Origin: a virus
Lineage: Duplodnaviria > Caudoviricetes
IMG/VR virus record: IMGVR_UViG_3300046689_000570
Coordinates: 852-64,851 of that record
Direction: 5' to 3' (one strand)
DNA: 64,000 bases
Part shown: piece after piece, positions 44,477 through 53,374 of the stretch
Position numbering within the stretch: position 1 is the stretch's first letter
Layout of the letters: every line of letters begins with the position of its first letter
Notes under the pieces: model-generated
Databases searched by the model: none
The model's input: only the letters and a program-made list of their open reading frames with translations
What the model was told of the DNA's origin: nothing
Made by a program: the position numbers and the translations under genes

Positions 44477-44487
44477 GAGCAGCAGGC

Positions 44488-44688
44488 ATGAGTTGGACAG
44501 AAGCCGAAGTGAATGTCGAGGTTCGTGGCATGATCTTCTCCCAGCAGGCGAGCGGGAACGTGGTAGTGCGGGTAACTCCTGAGCGGCGCACTGTGGTCCT
44601 CACCGAGTTAGAGTGGAAGCTCGTGGTCAGTACCCTGAGTGAAGCGAAGTTTTTCTTCGAGACGAAGGCTCCTAAGGGGGGGCATTGA
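44488..44688 (+). CDS. Small protein with a DUF397-like motif (VVLTELEWKLVV)
   Basis: 66 aa; AGGAG RBS; similar to 21510..21731. Confidence 0.55.
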   Translation: MSWTEAEVNVEVRGMIFSQQASGNVVVRVTPERRTVVLTELEWKLVVSTLSEAKFFFETKAPKGGH

Positions 44689-45236
44689 TGCCCCGCTACT
44701 TTATCGACTTCGAGTTCATTGAGGATGGCAAGACTATTGACCCGATTTCGATTGGGATAGTCTGCGAAGATGGCCGCGAGTTCTACGCTGAGAATCAGGA
44801 GTGCGATCTGAGTAAGGCGGGAGACTTCGTGCAGGAGCACGTCATCCCGCAGCTCTGGCACCTTCATGGGGATAAACGGGAGCATAACGCCTGGATTAGG
44901 GACGGGGGCACGGGCGGACTCTTTCACAGGTCGGGACTGGCCCGCGAGGTCCGCGTCTTCTGTAGCCCAGAGCAGTATGGAAAGCCGGAGTTCTGGGGCT
45001 ACTATGCAGACTATGACTGGGTAGTGCTCTGTCAACTATTTGGCACCATGATGGACCTACCCAATGGCTGGCCCAAGTATTGCCACGACCTGAAGCAGTG
45101 GTGCGATCAGCTCGGCAACCCCCAGCTACCCAAACAAGAAAGCGGCGAGCACCATGCCCTGGCTGATGCCCGCTGGAATCGTGAAGTCCACGCTTTTCTA
45201 GATGCGATCGCTGCGTTAGAGAAGCTAGCAAAGTGA
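44688..45236 (+). CDS. DEDD-family 3'-5' exoribonuclease (RNase AS/Rv2179c-like)
   Basis: YFIDFEF...ISIGIV.EDGREFYA...YDWV...HHALADA. Confidence 0.85.
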   Translation: MPRYFIDFEFIEDGKTIDPISIGIVCEDGREFYAENQECDLSKAGDFVQEHVIPQLWHLHGDKREHNAWIRDGGTGGLFHRSGLAREVRVFCSPEQYGKPEFWGYYADYDWVVLCQLFGTMMDLPNGWPKYCHDLKQWCDQLGNPQLPKQESGEHHALADARWNREVHAFLDAIAALEKLAK

Positions 45237-46645
45237 ACAGCCCCCTGATGCCGCACCAGCTCGAAGCCGCGTGGCGTGCGTATCACCGCCTGACGCGCGG
45301 CGAGGGCAAGCGCGGTTACTACTGGGCCCACGCACCTGGAGTGGGGAAGACGCTCAGCGCCATCACGCTGATCCGCCTCCTCCAACCTGTGCGGACCCTG
45401 GTCGTGACCAACGCACCTGGCTGGGGCGTGTGGCAGCGGGAGCTAGATCACTGGTGGGAGCCAGGCAAGTGGCAGGCGCCGCCAACGTACCGCCACCTAG
45501 ACCCTGACATCCCGATCGCGATCTACACCTATGACCAGTTCAAGGGGCCCTACGGAGTAGAGCGGCAGACCATCGTGAAGAACTGGAAGCCGGGTCTCGT
45601 GGTGCTCGACGAGTCGCACAAGATCAAAGGTGCGGGCTCGGTCCGCAGCAAGACGCTGGCCAAGATCATCGAGCGGATCGAGTTGCGGCTCCTCATGAGC
45701 GGTACCCCGGCGCACAGCCCGTTGGACTGGTGGGCCCAGTATCGCTACGTCGACCCCGAGAACCCGCGCTGGAAGCAGCGGTTCACCCAGTACAAGAAAG
45801 AGATCGCGGTCTTTGGAGGGCCGGAGGGGGTATGGATCGAAGGCTTTCGTGCGGACGTCTGTGCTCAGGTGAGCGAGGAGATGGCGCCACTTACCCACGT
45901 CGCCACTGAAGAAGTTCTGGATCTGGAAGAGCCGCTAGAGACCGTCATCCCCGTCACCCTGAACACGAAAGAGCAGAAGGCGTACAAAGACCTGGCCAAA
46001 GAGATGCTCTACGCCAGCGAGTATGGCGTGACCTCAGTCGCCAATCCTATGCTCAAGCCCATGCGGCTACATCAGGTGACCAGCGGTTGGTTGATGACGG
46101 ATCCCGAAGAGGATGAGGTGGGCGCCCGCCATCTGGTGGAGCTGGGAGACTCGAAGCTCCAGGTGTTGCGAGAGGTGCTGGATGAACGGGCTCAAGAGAA
46201 AGTCGTGATCTCGGCCTACTTCCTGAATGACCTTCAGCGCATCGCAGGGCTCTGTGCCAGGCTCAAGCGGCCACTACGGGTAATCGACGGCAGCACGTCC
46301 AAGACGGCCCGCACAGGGGCAGAGGATTGGTTTCAGGGCACCGACGAGCAGAACGCGGTGATCGTGCTTCAGCAGCAGGCGGGGGGCGAGGCCATCACCC
46401 TGACCGCCTCACGTTTCCTGGTGCTGTTCTCGCTGGCGCCCAGCGTGATCGCGTTCCGCCAGGTCCTCGGGCGCATCTTCCGCAAGGGACAGACGAGGCG
46501 AGCACAGGTGTTGTATCTTTCGGGTTCCAAGAACGACGAGGCGATCTTCAAGGGCTTGAAGCAGGGGCTCGACGAGGCGGGACTCCAGCGGATGCTACTT
46601 GAACAGCTCAGGCAGGAGGCGCTCTCTCATGCCACGCAACCCTGA
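45233..46645 (+). CDS. SNF2-family (SF2) helicase
   Basis: PGVGKT, VLDESHKIK, MSGTP, GEAITLT, GRIFRKGQ. Confidence 0.9.
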   Translation: MNSPLMPHQLEAAWRAYHRLTRGEGKRGYYWAHAPGVGKTLSAITLIRLLQPVRTLVVTNAPGWGVWQRELDHWWEPGKWQAPPTYRHLDPDIPIAIYTYDQFKGPYGVERQTIVKNWKPGLVVLDESHKIKGAGSVRSKTLAKIIERIELRLLMSGTPAHSPLDWWAQYRYVDPENPRWKQRFTQYKKEIAVFGGPEGVWIEGFRADVCAQVSEEMAPLTHVATEEVLDLEEPLETVIPVTLNTKEQKAYKDLAKEMLYASEYGVTSVANPMLKPMRLHQVTSGWLMTDPEEDEVGARHLVELGDSKLQVLREVLDERAQEKVVISAYFLNDLQRIAGLCARLKRPLRVIDGSTSKTARTGAEDWFQGTDEQNAVIVLQQQAGGEAITLTASRFLVLFSLAPSVIAFRQVLGRIFRKGQTRRAQVLYLSGSKNDEAIFKGLKQGLDEAGLQRMLLEQLRQEALSHATQP

Positions 46646-49082
46646 GTGTGCGAACTGTTCCCTCGGAGAAGTCTCCGTCTACACCCGCTGCCTGTGGGGA
46701 GACTTCCGCCAGTTCGACGTGGCGGATCCTGAGATCCTCATCCTCGGTGAGGCGCCTGGCTACAACGAGGACCTGAATGGCCGCGTCTTCATCGGCGCAT
46801 CGGGAGAGCTGCTCACGCAGGGACTTGCACAGGTGGGACTCGACGATCCCTACTACATCACCAACGTAGCGAAGTGCGCGCCGCCCGGCAACAAGCTCCC
46901 CCGCGATGCGGTCAAAGGCTGCGCGGACTATCTCGAAGAAGAGATCGCGCAGGTCAAGCCCCAGTTCATCCTGGCGCTGGGCAACACCGCGATTCAGCGG
47001 CTCACTGGCAAGGGGAAGATCACCGAGCTGGCGGGCAAAGAGATATGGTCCGAGCGGTACAACTGCTGGATCGTCCCTGCGCTACACCCCGCTGCCATCC
47101 TGCGCAACATGGGTAAGCACGCGGGGTGGATCGCCGATCTCCAGCACTTCGCTGACCTCGTGCACGGCACGCTGCCGCAACACGTCCCGGTGCAGGCGGT
47201 GGAGATCGACACCCCGGAGAAGCTAGAGAAGCTCGCCGACCTCCTCCAACGAGCGGGCAAGTTCTCGTTTGACTTCGAGGCTACACCCATCGAGTGGTGG
47301 GACAAGGATTGGAAGCCCTACTGCGTGAGCTTCTCCGTTGACGGTGGGCACAGCTTTGTAATCCCGCTTGAACATCCACTGTGGCAAAACGAACACGGCG
47401 GCGCTCTCGTTCATCTCGCGAACGTGTACGCCTGGGCGCAGAAGCATCGTGACTTCTTCCAGGATCCGCAAGTTCTCAAGGTGGCGCACCAGCGGCTCTA
47501 CGACACGCTCGCTTGGTGGCGGACGTTCCGCTATCAGATCGCGACGACGAACTGCTCAATGATCGCCTGTCATCTACTCGACGAGAACGAGCCGAAGAGT
47601 CTCAAGTGGCAAGGCCGCACCAAGCTGGGCTGGCCGGACTGGGACATCGACGCGAAGAAGCTGCACCCCTGGCCTGACACGGTGCAGTACAACGGCACAG
47701 ACTCCGCGGCTACGTTCAAGCTGATGTGGGAAGTCTACGAGCCGCTCTTGAGGCAGCGCGAACAGTGGGACTACTACACCCACCTGTGCATGCAGAACGC
47801 GGCCTGGATCGAGCGCATGATGTGGCGCGGCATGCCGATCGACGAGAACGTCCGCCTCGACCGGCTGGCCACCGCAGTGCAGAGCAGCCAGGAGGCGCGG
47901 GAGGTGATCCCGGTAGCGAACCCCGGCTCGACCAAGCAGGTAGCGGCCTGGCTCTACGACGAGTTGCAGCTTCCCATCCTCAAGCTCACTCCAGCGGGTA
48001 AGCCCAGTACGGACGAGGATACGATCAATCGCCTCGCGCTCCTGGGCCACGAGGCACCCAAGCAGGTGCTCACCTATCGAGGACACGAGAAGAACCGCAC
48101 AACCTACATCGAGCCGATGGGGGACATGACGGCCCGCTCGTTCGACGGACGGCTGCACCCCGACATCCGCATGGCAGTGGTGGAGACGGGGCGGCACAGC
48201 AGCTTCATGCACACCGTGCCCCGCGACAGCCTGATCCGTAGCATCCTACGTTCCACGGATCCCAACTGGGAGCTGGTCGAGGTAGACCAGGCGCAGCTTG
48301 AGGCACGGCTGGCCGCGTGGGCGGCGGCCGGACGACCGCGCAGTTTCGAGAACGTCGACTGGTCGAAGGCGCGGATGCTGCACGCCTTCCTCGAAGGGCG
48401 GGATCTTTACCGTGAGATGGCGGGCGCAGGGCTGGGAAAGGACTGGCGAGATGTCACGACCAAAGAGCGGCAGGATATGGGCAAGGTCCCCGTCCTGGCG
48501 ATGCTCTACAAGATTTCCTGGCGCGGTCTCCGCGAATATGCCTGGCGGTCGAATCAACTGGACTGGAGCGAAGCCTTTGCCAAGCACCTCTGGAGCACGT
48601 TCAATAATCTCTTCCCTGAGTTCCGCAAGTGGCACCAGTCTGAGTCCGAGAAGATCCTGGCGCGGGGCTGGGCCCGCACGGAACTCGGCCGTATTCGACA
48701 TCTCCCAGATGCCTTCAGTCCCATCGAGCAGGTTCGCGAAGCTGCGGTTCGTAGTGGCATCAATATGCCGATCCAGGGCCTGGGCTCAGATATTACTCAG
48801 GCCGCAGGAATTCTGCTCGATCTTCGCCTGGATCCTGAGGAAGCCTTCATCATCCACGAGATTCATGATGCCCTTCTACTGGCCGTCCGCAAGGATCAAG
48901 TAGCCAGCCTCACTCCGATACTCAAGCACTACATGGAGAAAGCTCACCTCTCCCTACGTCCACTGGGACTACACCTCCCCGATGGACTCCTGATCGCCGA
49001 AGAGAAGATCGGACCATGGGGTATGGGTGTGAGCCTGGAGAAGTATCAGACCAGCGGAGCGGCAGTCCTGGGCCTTGTTTAG
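46629..49082 (+). CDS. polA: Uracil-DNA glycosylase (family 4-like) fused to a family A DNA polymerase
   Basis: C..C.L, GEAPG, F.G.SG, NVAKC.PP, LHPAA (UDG); DFE and Y...D (3'-5' exonuclease); DQAQLEAR, K...L...Y, N.PIQG, IHD (PolA motifs A, B, C). Confidence 0.92.
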   Translation: MPRNPECANCSLGEVSVYTRCLWGDFRQFDVADPEILILGEAPGYNEDLNGRVFIGASGELLTQGLAQVGLDDPYYITNVAKCAPPGNKLPRDAVKGCADYLEEEIAQVKPQFILALGNTAIQRLTGKGKITELAGKEIWSERYNCWIVPALHPAAILRNMGKHAGWIADLQHFADLVHGTLPQHVPVQAVEIDTPEKLEKLADLLQRAGKFSFDFEATPIEWWDKDWKPYCVSFSVDGGHSFVIPLEHPLWQNEHGGALVHLANVYAWAQKHRDFFQDPQVLKVAHQRLYDTLAWWRTFRYQIATTNCSMIACHLLDENEPKSLKWQGRTKLGWPDWDIDAKKLHPWPDTVQYNGTDSAATFKLMWEVYEPLLRQREQWDYYTHLCMQNAAWIERMMWRGMPIDENVRLDRLATAVQSSQEAREVIPVANPGSTKQVAAWLYDELQLPILKLTPAGKPSTDEDTINRLALLGHEAPKQVLTYRGHEKNRTTYIEPMGDMTARSFDGRLHPDIRMAVVETGRHSSFMHTVPRDSLIRSILRSTDPNWELVEVDQAQLEARLAAWAAAGRPRSFENVDWSKARMLHAFLEGRDLYREMAGAGLGKDWRDVTTKERQDMGKVPVLAMLYKISWRGLREYAWRSNQLDWSEAFAKHLWSTFNNLFPEFRKWHQSESEKILARGWARTELGRIRHLPDAFSPIEQVREAAVRSGINMPIQGLGSDITQAAGILLDLRLDPEEAFIIHEIHDALLLAVRKDQVASLTPILKHYMEKAHLSLRPLGLHLPDGLLIAEEKIGPWGMGVSLEKYQTSGAAVLGLV

Positions 49083-49106
49083 GGCGTACCCCTTGGCTGC
49101 GCCGCC

Positions 49107-49136
49107 TTGACACGGCTGGACCGATTTTGCGATACT
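49107..49136 (+). promoter_or_regulatory. Sigma70-type promoter P4
   Basis: CCGCC-TTGACA-N18-GATACT with ATTTTGCGA and TG extension. Confidence 0.75.
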
Positions 49137-49263
49137 TTGCGAGCCGAGCAGCGAGCGCCATCGAGACTCGGCAGCCAGCAAGCTGGTCATCTCTCAGGTA
49201 AGAGGGGCAAGTCTAACGAGAGAAGGTACTAAGCTCCCGCCAGCTTAATTTGAGGGAGTCTAC

Positions 49264-49428
49264 ATGTTCTCCATGGAGGAGTACCTGAAGATGCTAGGAG
49301 ATCCTGGACGGCTGACGAACTGGAAGTGGGATCTGTTCGAGCTGCTCGCGGGCCGCTCTTCACAGGCGCTGAAGAGCGCCGCACACGTAGCCACTTCCAC
49401 TGCCCGAGCCAAGGGAATGTTCAAGTAA
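49264..49428 (+). CDS. Small hypothetical protein (54 aa, MFSMEEYLKMLGDPGRLTNWKW...)
   Basis: Translated by hand; GAGGGAG RBS; below the ORF-track length cutoff. Confidence 0.5.
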   Translation: MFSMEEYLKMLGDPGRLTNWKWDLFELLAGRSSQALKSAAHVATSTARAKGMFK

Positions 49429-49456
49429 TCTAGTCACGTGTGAGAGGTCAGTCTAG

Positions 49457-50506
49457 ATGACGACACTCGAACTGGGAACCACCCTCTTCAACGACGGGGC
49501 GATCTGCCCCAAGCGGTACGACTACCACGCGAACCTGAAGCTAGTGCCCAAGGCCCGCAATATTCGGCGCCCGCTGCGTCGAGGGATCTGGGTGCATTCC
49601 TGTCTGGAGCACGCCTCGAAGGGCGGCCTCTGGGAAGATCGACTCGCACAGTTGGTGGACTGGGCCAACGAGCACGACATCCCCGAAGAAGACTACGAGC
49701 CTATCCACCAGGAAACCATGGACATCATGATGGGCTACAGCGCCTACTGGTCCAGATTTCCGCACCTGAAGCCAGAGCCAATCATCGCCGAGCAGGCGCT
49801 CACTGCGTACATCAAGTCGCTCGACGTCACCCTCTCTGCCACGGTGGACCTGCTCGCCAAGTACAAGGGACACACCGTCCTGTGGGAGTACAAGAGCACG
49901 ATGCACATCCCGCCTGCGAACTGGCGGGCCATCGACCCGCAGACTGCGATTCAGTACATCGTAGCTAAGGCCAATGGGATCCAGATTGATGGGATCGTGT
50001 TTGACTACCTGCTCACTCAGCCGCCTCCCATCCCGCAGGTCCTGAAAGACGGGACCATCTCGAAGCGGGCAATCACCACCACGTCGGTGATCTTCGACCG
50101 AACTGCACAGGGGTTGGACATCCTGCCGAAGGCTTCCGCTCCTGAGCGTGATGAGTACCTCGCTGCGCAGCGGGTGCGGCTGGTCTCCGACGAGAAGTTC
50201 TACCAGCGGTATGAAGTGTTCCGCCCTGAGTCCTACATCAAAGAGACCGCCAAAGACATCGCTGGGGTGGTCGCTCATCTCCGGCTCTGCCAGGAGCGCG
50301 GGCACTGGCCGAGAGCCTTTCATCCCGTCATGTGTACCCGGATGTGCCAGTATTCCGAGCTGTGCAGTCTGGAGTATATGAGCGGGAAGCCCAGCTTAAT
50401 GCGGGAGGAAGAGTTTGACTTAGATGACGGGACCCGCGAGGGCCGCTTTGATCCCCTGACATCCAGCTTGCTTTCAAGCAGCGGAGAAGAGGAAGCCCCG
50501 TGGTAA
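49457..50506 (+). CDS. PD-(D/E)XK nuclease (RecB/Cas4-like exonuclease)
   Basis: CPKRY...RG..VH, VDLL...WEYKS, Q...Y, C-terminal C...C.Y..LC. Confidence 0.85.
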   Translation: MTTLELGTTLFNDGAICPKRYDYHANLKLVPKARNIRRPLRRGIWVHSCLEHASKGGLWEDRLAQLVDWANEHDIPEEDYEPIHQETMDIMMGYSAYWSRFPHLKPEPIIAEQALTAYIKSLDVTLSATVDLLAKYKGHTVLWEYKSTMHIPPANWRAIDPQTAIQYIVAKANGIQIDGIVFDYLLTQPPPIPQVLKDGTISKRAITTTSVIFDRTAQGLDILPKASAPERDEYLAAQRVRLVSDEKFYQRYEVFRPESYIKETAKDIAGVVAHLRLCQERGHWPRAFHPVMCTRMCQYSELCSLEYMSGKPSLMREEEFDLDDGTREGRFDPLTSSLLSSSGEEEAPW

Positions 50507-51396
50507 TGAATGCAGTCCAGATCATGGATCCCGACAACATCGTCTCCGGTAAGTTCGGACGATGGGGGATCTACGGGGAGAACGGAGTAGGGAAGACCTT
50601 CGTTGCCCGCTCCATTCCACCCAACCTGCCAACCTGGGTCATCAGCGCCGACCAGGAGAACATCAAGCCACTCAAGGGAATCCCGCACATCAAGGCGACC
50701 AAGATCAACCACTGGAACGATCTCGGCTCGATCTTGCAGGTCCTGCATGCGGGGCTGCTGCTCCCGAACGGACAGCCCAACCCCGACGTGTTGAGCGGGA
50801 AGAAGCCCTTCTTCCGGGTGATCATGTTCGACACCTGGACGCGGATCCAATCGCTCGCAGTAAACAAGGTCATCGGCTACGAGCGCCTGACGCCGCAGCA
50901 AGCCATGAAGTTTCTCGAAGTGGGACCCAAGACCCCGCGTGGTTGGGAGCCGTGGCAACAGGTCGGCGCCCTGGCGGGGGAGTGGATGCGCTACTTCGAG
51001 GAGCTACCCATCCACGTACTCTTCTTGTTCCAGGAGGGGACCCGCGAAGGGGTCGACGAGAACTTCCAGAAAGTCTCGAAGATCGGACCGGACCTCACGC
51101 CCTCCGCGTTGCGCCACGCGAAGGACACCCTGGAAGTGATTGGCCGACTGTACGTCACCCTCGGCCAGGACGAATCCCAAGACGAATCTGCACAGGAGGA
51201 GAAGCCGATCGACCTGGAGGCGGTCCTGAGCGGCGCACCGCAGGCCAGCCCCTGGATGGATCCCGCTGCGAGAGAGGTGCGGAACTTGCTGATCGGCAAG
51301 CATCCAAACTACTTCGCCAAGGGCCCCACCCACAAGCTAGGGAGAATCATCCCTGACTTTACGTTCCAGCATCTGCTCGATTCCCTCGAACCCTAA
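50506..51396 (+). CDS. AAA_24/Sak4-like ATPase (putative single-strand annealing protein)
   Basis: IYGENGVGKT, IMFDT, HVLFLFQE; lies between the exonuclease and SSB genes. Confidence 0.8.
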   Translation: MNAVQIMDPDNIVSGKFGRWGIYGENGVGKTFVARSIPPNLPTWVISADQENIKPLKGIPHIKATKINHWNDLGSILQVLHAGLLLPNGQPNPDVLSGKKPFFRVIMFDTWTRIQSLAVNKVIGYERLTPQQAMKFLEVGPKTPRGWEPWQQVGALAGEWMRYFEELPIHVLFLFQEGTREGVDENFQKVSKIGPDLTPSALRHAKDTLEVIGRLYVTLGQDESQDESAQEEKPIDLEAVLSGAPQASPWMDPAAREVRNLLIGKHPNYFAKGPTHKLGRIIPDFTFQHLLDSLEP

Positions 51397-51428
51397 TCAA
51401 TTCCACATCCCATGAGGAGTGAGATTCA

Positions 51429-52016
51429 ATGGCCTGGCATCCTATCACGATCGACGACTCGTTCTTCAACACTGGTGGCGGCTCGGTCAAGGTGGCCGAA
51501 GGCAACTACCTGTTCAAGCTGGTCGGCATCACCCCCTCCAAGGCGGACTACGAAGGCGAGCCGCACTACCGGGTGGGACTGATCTTCACCGACGGACCCG
51601 ACCCCGCCGCCAAGGGCAGCAAGATCGAGTACATCTGGACCTTCAAGGGCGAGGCACAGTTCTCCGGCGGCACCATCATGGAGGCCCTCGGCGCCAAGCT
51701 GGACAGCTTCAAGGGTAAGTCCTGGAGCACCTACGAGCAGTGGGCGGCGTTCGCCGCAACCCTGGCCACCGCGCTGGCCGACAAGCCGGTCGGTGGCACG
51801 GTGATCGACCGTACCTACAACGGCAAAATCTCGTCCCGTGTGGACAAGGTGTGGCCGGCACGGGAGTGGGAGAATCGCCGGGGCGCGGTCATCGCGTCGA
51901 ACCAGGCTCCTGCGGCAGTCGGGGCCGCTAACGGCACCTACGCTCCGCCTGCTCCTCCGACCGGGCCCAGCGAAGACTTCATGGCGGATGTGAACGCCAT
52001 GTTCCCCTCCAGCTAA
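51429..52016 (+). CDS. Single-stranded DNA-binding protein (DUF669-like)
   Basis: EG.Y beta-rich N-terminus, Ala/Pro linker, acidic-hydrophobic C-terminal tail; follows the Sak4-like gene. Confidence 0.65.
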   Translation: MAWHPITIDDSFFNTGGGSVKVAEGNYLFKLVGITPSKADYEGEPHYRVGLIFTDGPDPAAKGSKIEYIWTFKGEAQFSGGTIMEALGAKLDSFKGKSWSTYEQWAAFAATLATALADKPVGGTVIDRTYNGKISSRVDKVWPAREWENRRGAVIASNQAPAAVGAANGTYAPPAPPTGPSEDFMADVNAMFPSS

Positions 52017-52029
52017 GGGAGCGACGCAC

Positions 52030-52764
52030 ATGGGTTCGACCGCGGCACACACTAACCTGAAGCGGAATCTCGCTCAGAGCTTCCGTGCACAGGGGTGGTT
52101 GACGTGGTCGAACCCTGCGAATGCGAGAACGGGGCGGGGACGCTCAGACTTAGAAGTCTGTGCGGCAGGGCTGTTCATCGCAGTCGAAGTAAAGACAGGA
52201 GGTGGAAAGCTCACCCCGCCCCAACACCTCCGCCTTACCAGAGTCAACCATCACGGCGGGTTAGGTTTCACCGCTCGTAGCACCTACGCGGCCCTCCGTG
52301 CCATTCAGCAGTGGATTACCACGCGAGATACTAGAGGAGTCCTGATGCCTGACGATTTTGAACTCGATGTCGATGCCCTCTTTGCTGAAGCCGAAGAGCA
52401 CGTCCCCACCACCAACGTAGAAGACGAGAAGGCCGCGGCTCTGGCCGAAGCGGCACGCACTCTAGCTCCCGCCCAGGTGGCACAGGCTGCCGAGGTCACC
52501 ACGTCCTCCGATACCCCCACCCGAGCAGAGTTCAACGAGGTGCTGCGGATCACCAAGCAGAACGAGCAGCGGCTGGATCGCATCCTCGCCAACTCGGAGC
52601 AGCTTCTGCGCCAGCTTCAGGTCAGCAAACCGCAAACCGCCGAGGAGCCCCCCGAAGTGGCAGAGGTCCCCGTCGACGCCAGCGGCGAAGTGGACATTGC
52701 CGGCATGTTCGGTGAGACTGAGACCCCCAAGCCTGCGACGCGGCGGCGATCCCCTAAGAAGTAG
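52030..52764 (+). CDS. VRR-NUC/Holliday-junction resolvase-like nuclease, in frame with a second acidic coiled-coil protein (internal start at 52345)
   Basis: G.SDL...FIAVEVKT..GKLT..Q; GAGGAG RBS before ATG 52345. Confidence 0.75.
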   Translation: MGSTAAHTNLKRNLAQSFRAQGWLTWSNPANARTGRGRSDLEVCAAGLFIAVEVKTGGGKLTPPQHLRLTRVNHHGGLGFTARSTYAALRAIQQWITTRDTRGVLMPDDFELDVDALFAEAEEHVPTTNVEDEKAAALAEAARTLAPAQVAQAAEVTTSSDTPTRAEFNEVLRITKQNEQRLDRILANSEQLLRQLQVSKPQTAEEPPEVAEVPVDASGEVDIAGMFGETETPKPATRRRSPKK

Positions 52765-52774
52765 GGGAGAGATC

Positions 52775-52987
52775 ATGTCGCGACCAACCACCAGTCCACG
52801 GGAGCTGCACGTACAGGCTCCCGACCTCATCCCGCAGCTCGACCTCCTGGCCCGCTACATGGGCGAGACGCGCTCCGTAGCGACCCGGATCCTCCTGAGA
52901 ACGGGGATCCTGACGACTCTAGAGACTGCGGGTTTCCAGAGTCTCGAAGAGTTGAGCGAGCACTTAGAGAAGAAAGGAGCACAATGA
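52775..52987 (+). CDS. Ribbon-helix-helix-like DNA-binding protein
   Basis: LHVQ...L..QLD.LA...G.TRS...R.LL..G; GGGGAG RBS. Confidence 0.55.
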   Translation: MSRPTTSPRELHVQAPDLIPQLDLLARYMGETRSVATRILLRTGILTTLETAGFQSLEELSEHLEKKGAQ

Positions 52988-53358
52988 CGGCAGCTCTACG
53001 GGTGTTCCTGGATGCGAGCCTACTTGCCGCCATCCTGGCGGTGACGGTCTCCAGTTCAGGAACACCCGCGCAGACCCGTCCCCTGAACCAGCGCACGATT
53101 GACGCCAAGATCACCGCCTATTGTTTGTCGGGCACCACTTATACCGGAACCCCGGTGCGGCCTGGCGTAGTAGCGGTAGATCCCGACTGGATCCCACTGG
53201 GCGCCACGATCAGCATCGAGGGACTGCCCACCCTCTACACCGCAGAGGATAAAGGAGTGGGCGTAAGGGGGCCGCAGGTAGACCTCTGGATGGAGTCCTG
53301 TGAAGATGCGACCCAATGGGGAGTCCATTACCGAGAGGTCTCCTGGTGGATGCAATAA
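52984..53358 (+). CDS. Secreted 3D-domain (MltA-like) peptidoglycan lytic protein
   Basis: Hydrophobic N-terminus; TAY, VAVDP..IPLG, AEDKG, VDLW (three Asp). Confidence 0.88.
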   Translation: MTAALRVFLDASLLAAILAVTVSSSGTPAQTRPLNQRTIDAKITAYCLSGTTYTGTPVRPGVVAVDPDWIPLGATISIEGLPTLYTAEDKGVGVRGPQVDLWMESCEDATQWGVHYREVSWWMQ

Positions 53359-53374
53359 CGAAGAGGAGTATCGA

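Noticed and set aside
49185-49230. CTCTCAGGTA, GAGAGA and GAAGG words reminiscent of a glycine riboswitch
   Set aside because: The elements are in the wrong order for the aptamer and the downstream genes are unrelated to glycine
49457-50506. Cas4-like nuclease as evidence of a CRISPR system
   Set aside because: No cas1/cas2 or array; its context (Sak4-like, SSB) indicates a phage recombination exonuclease
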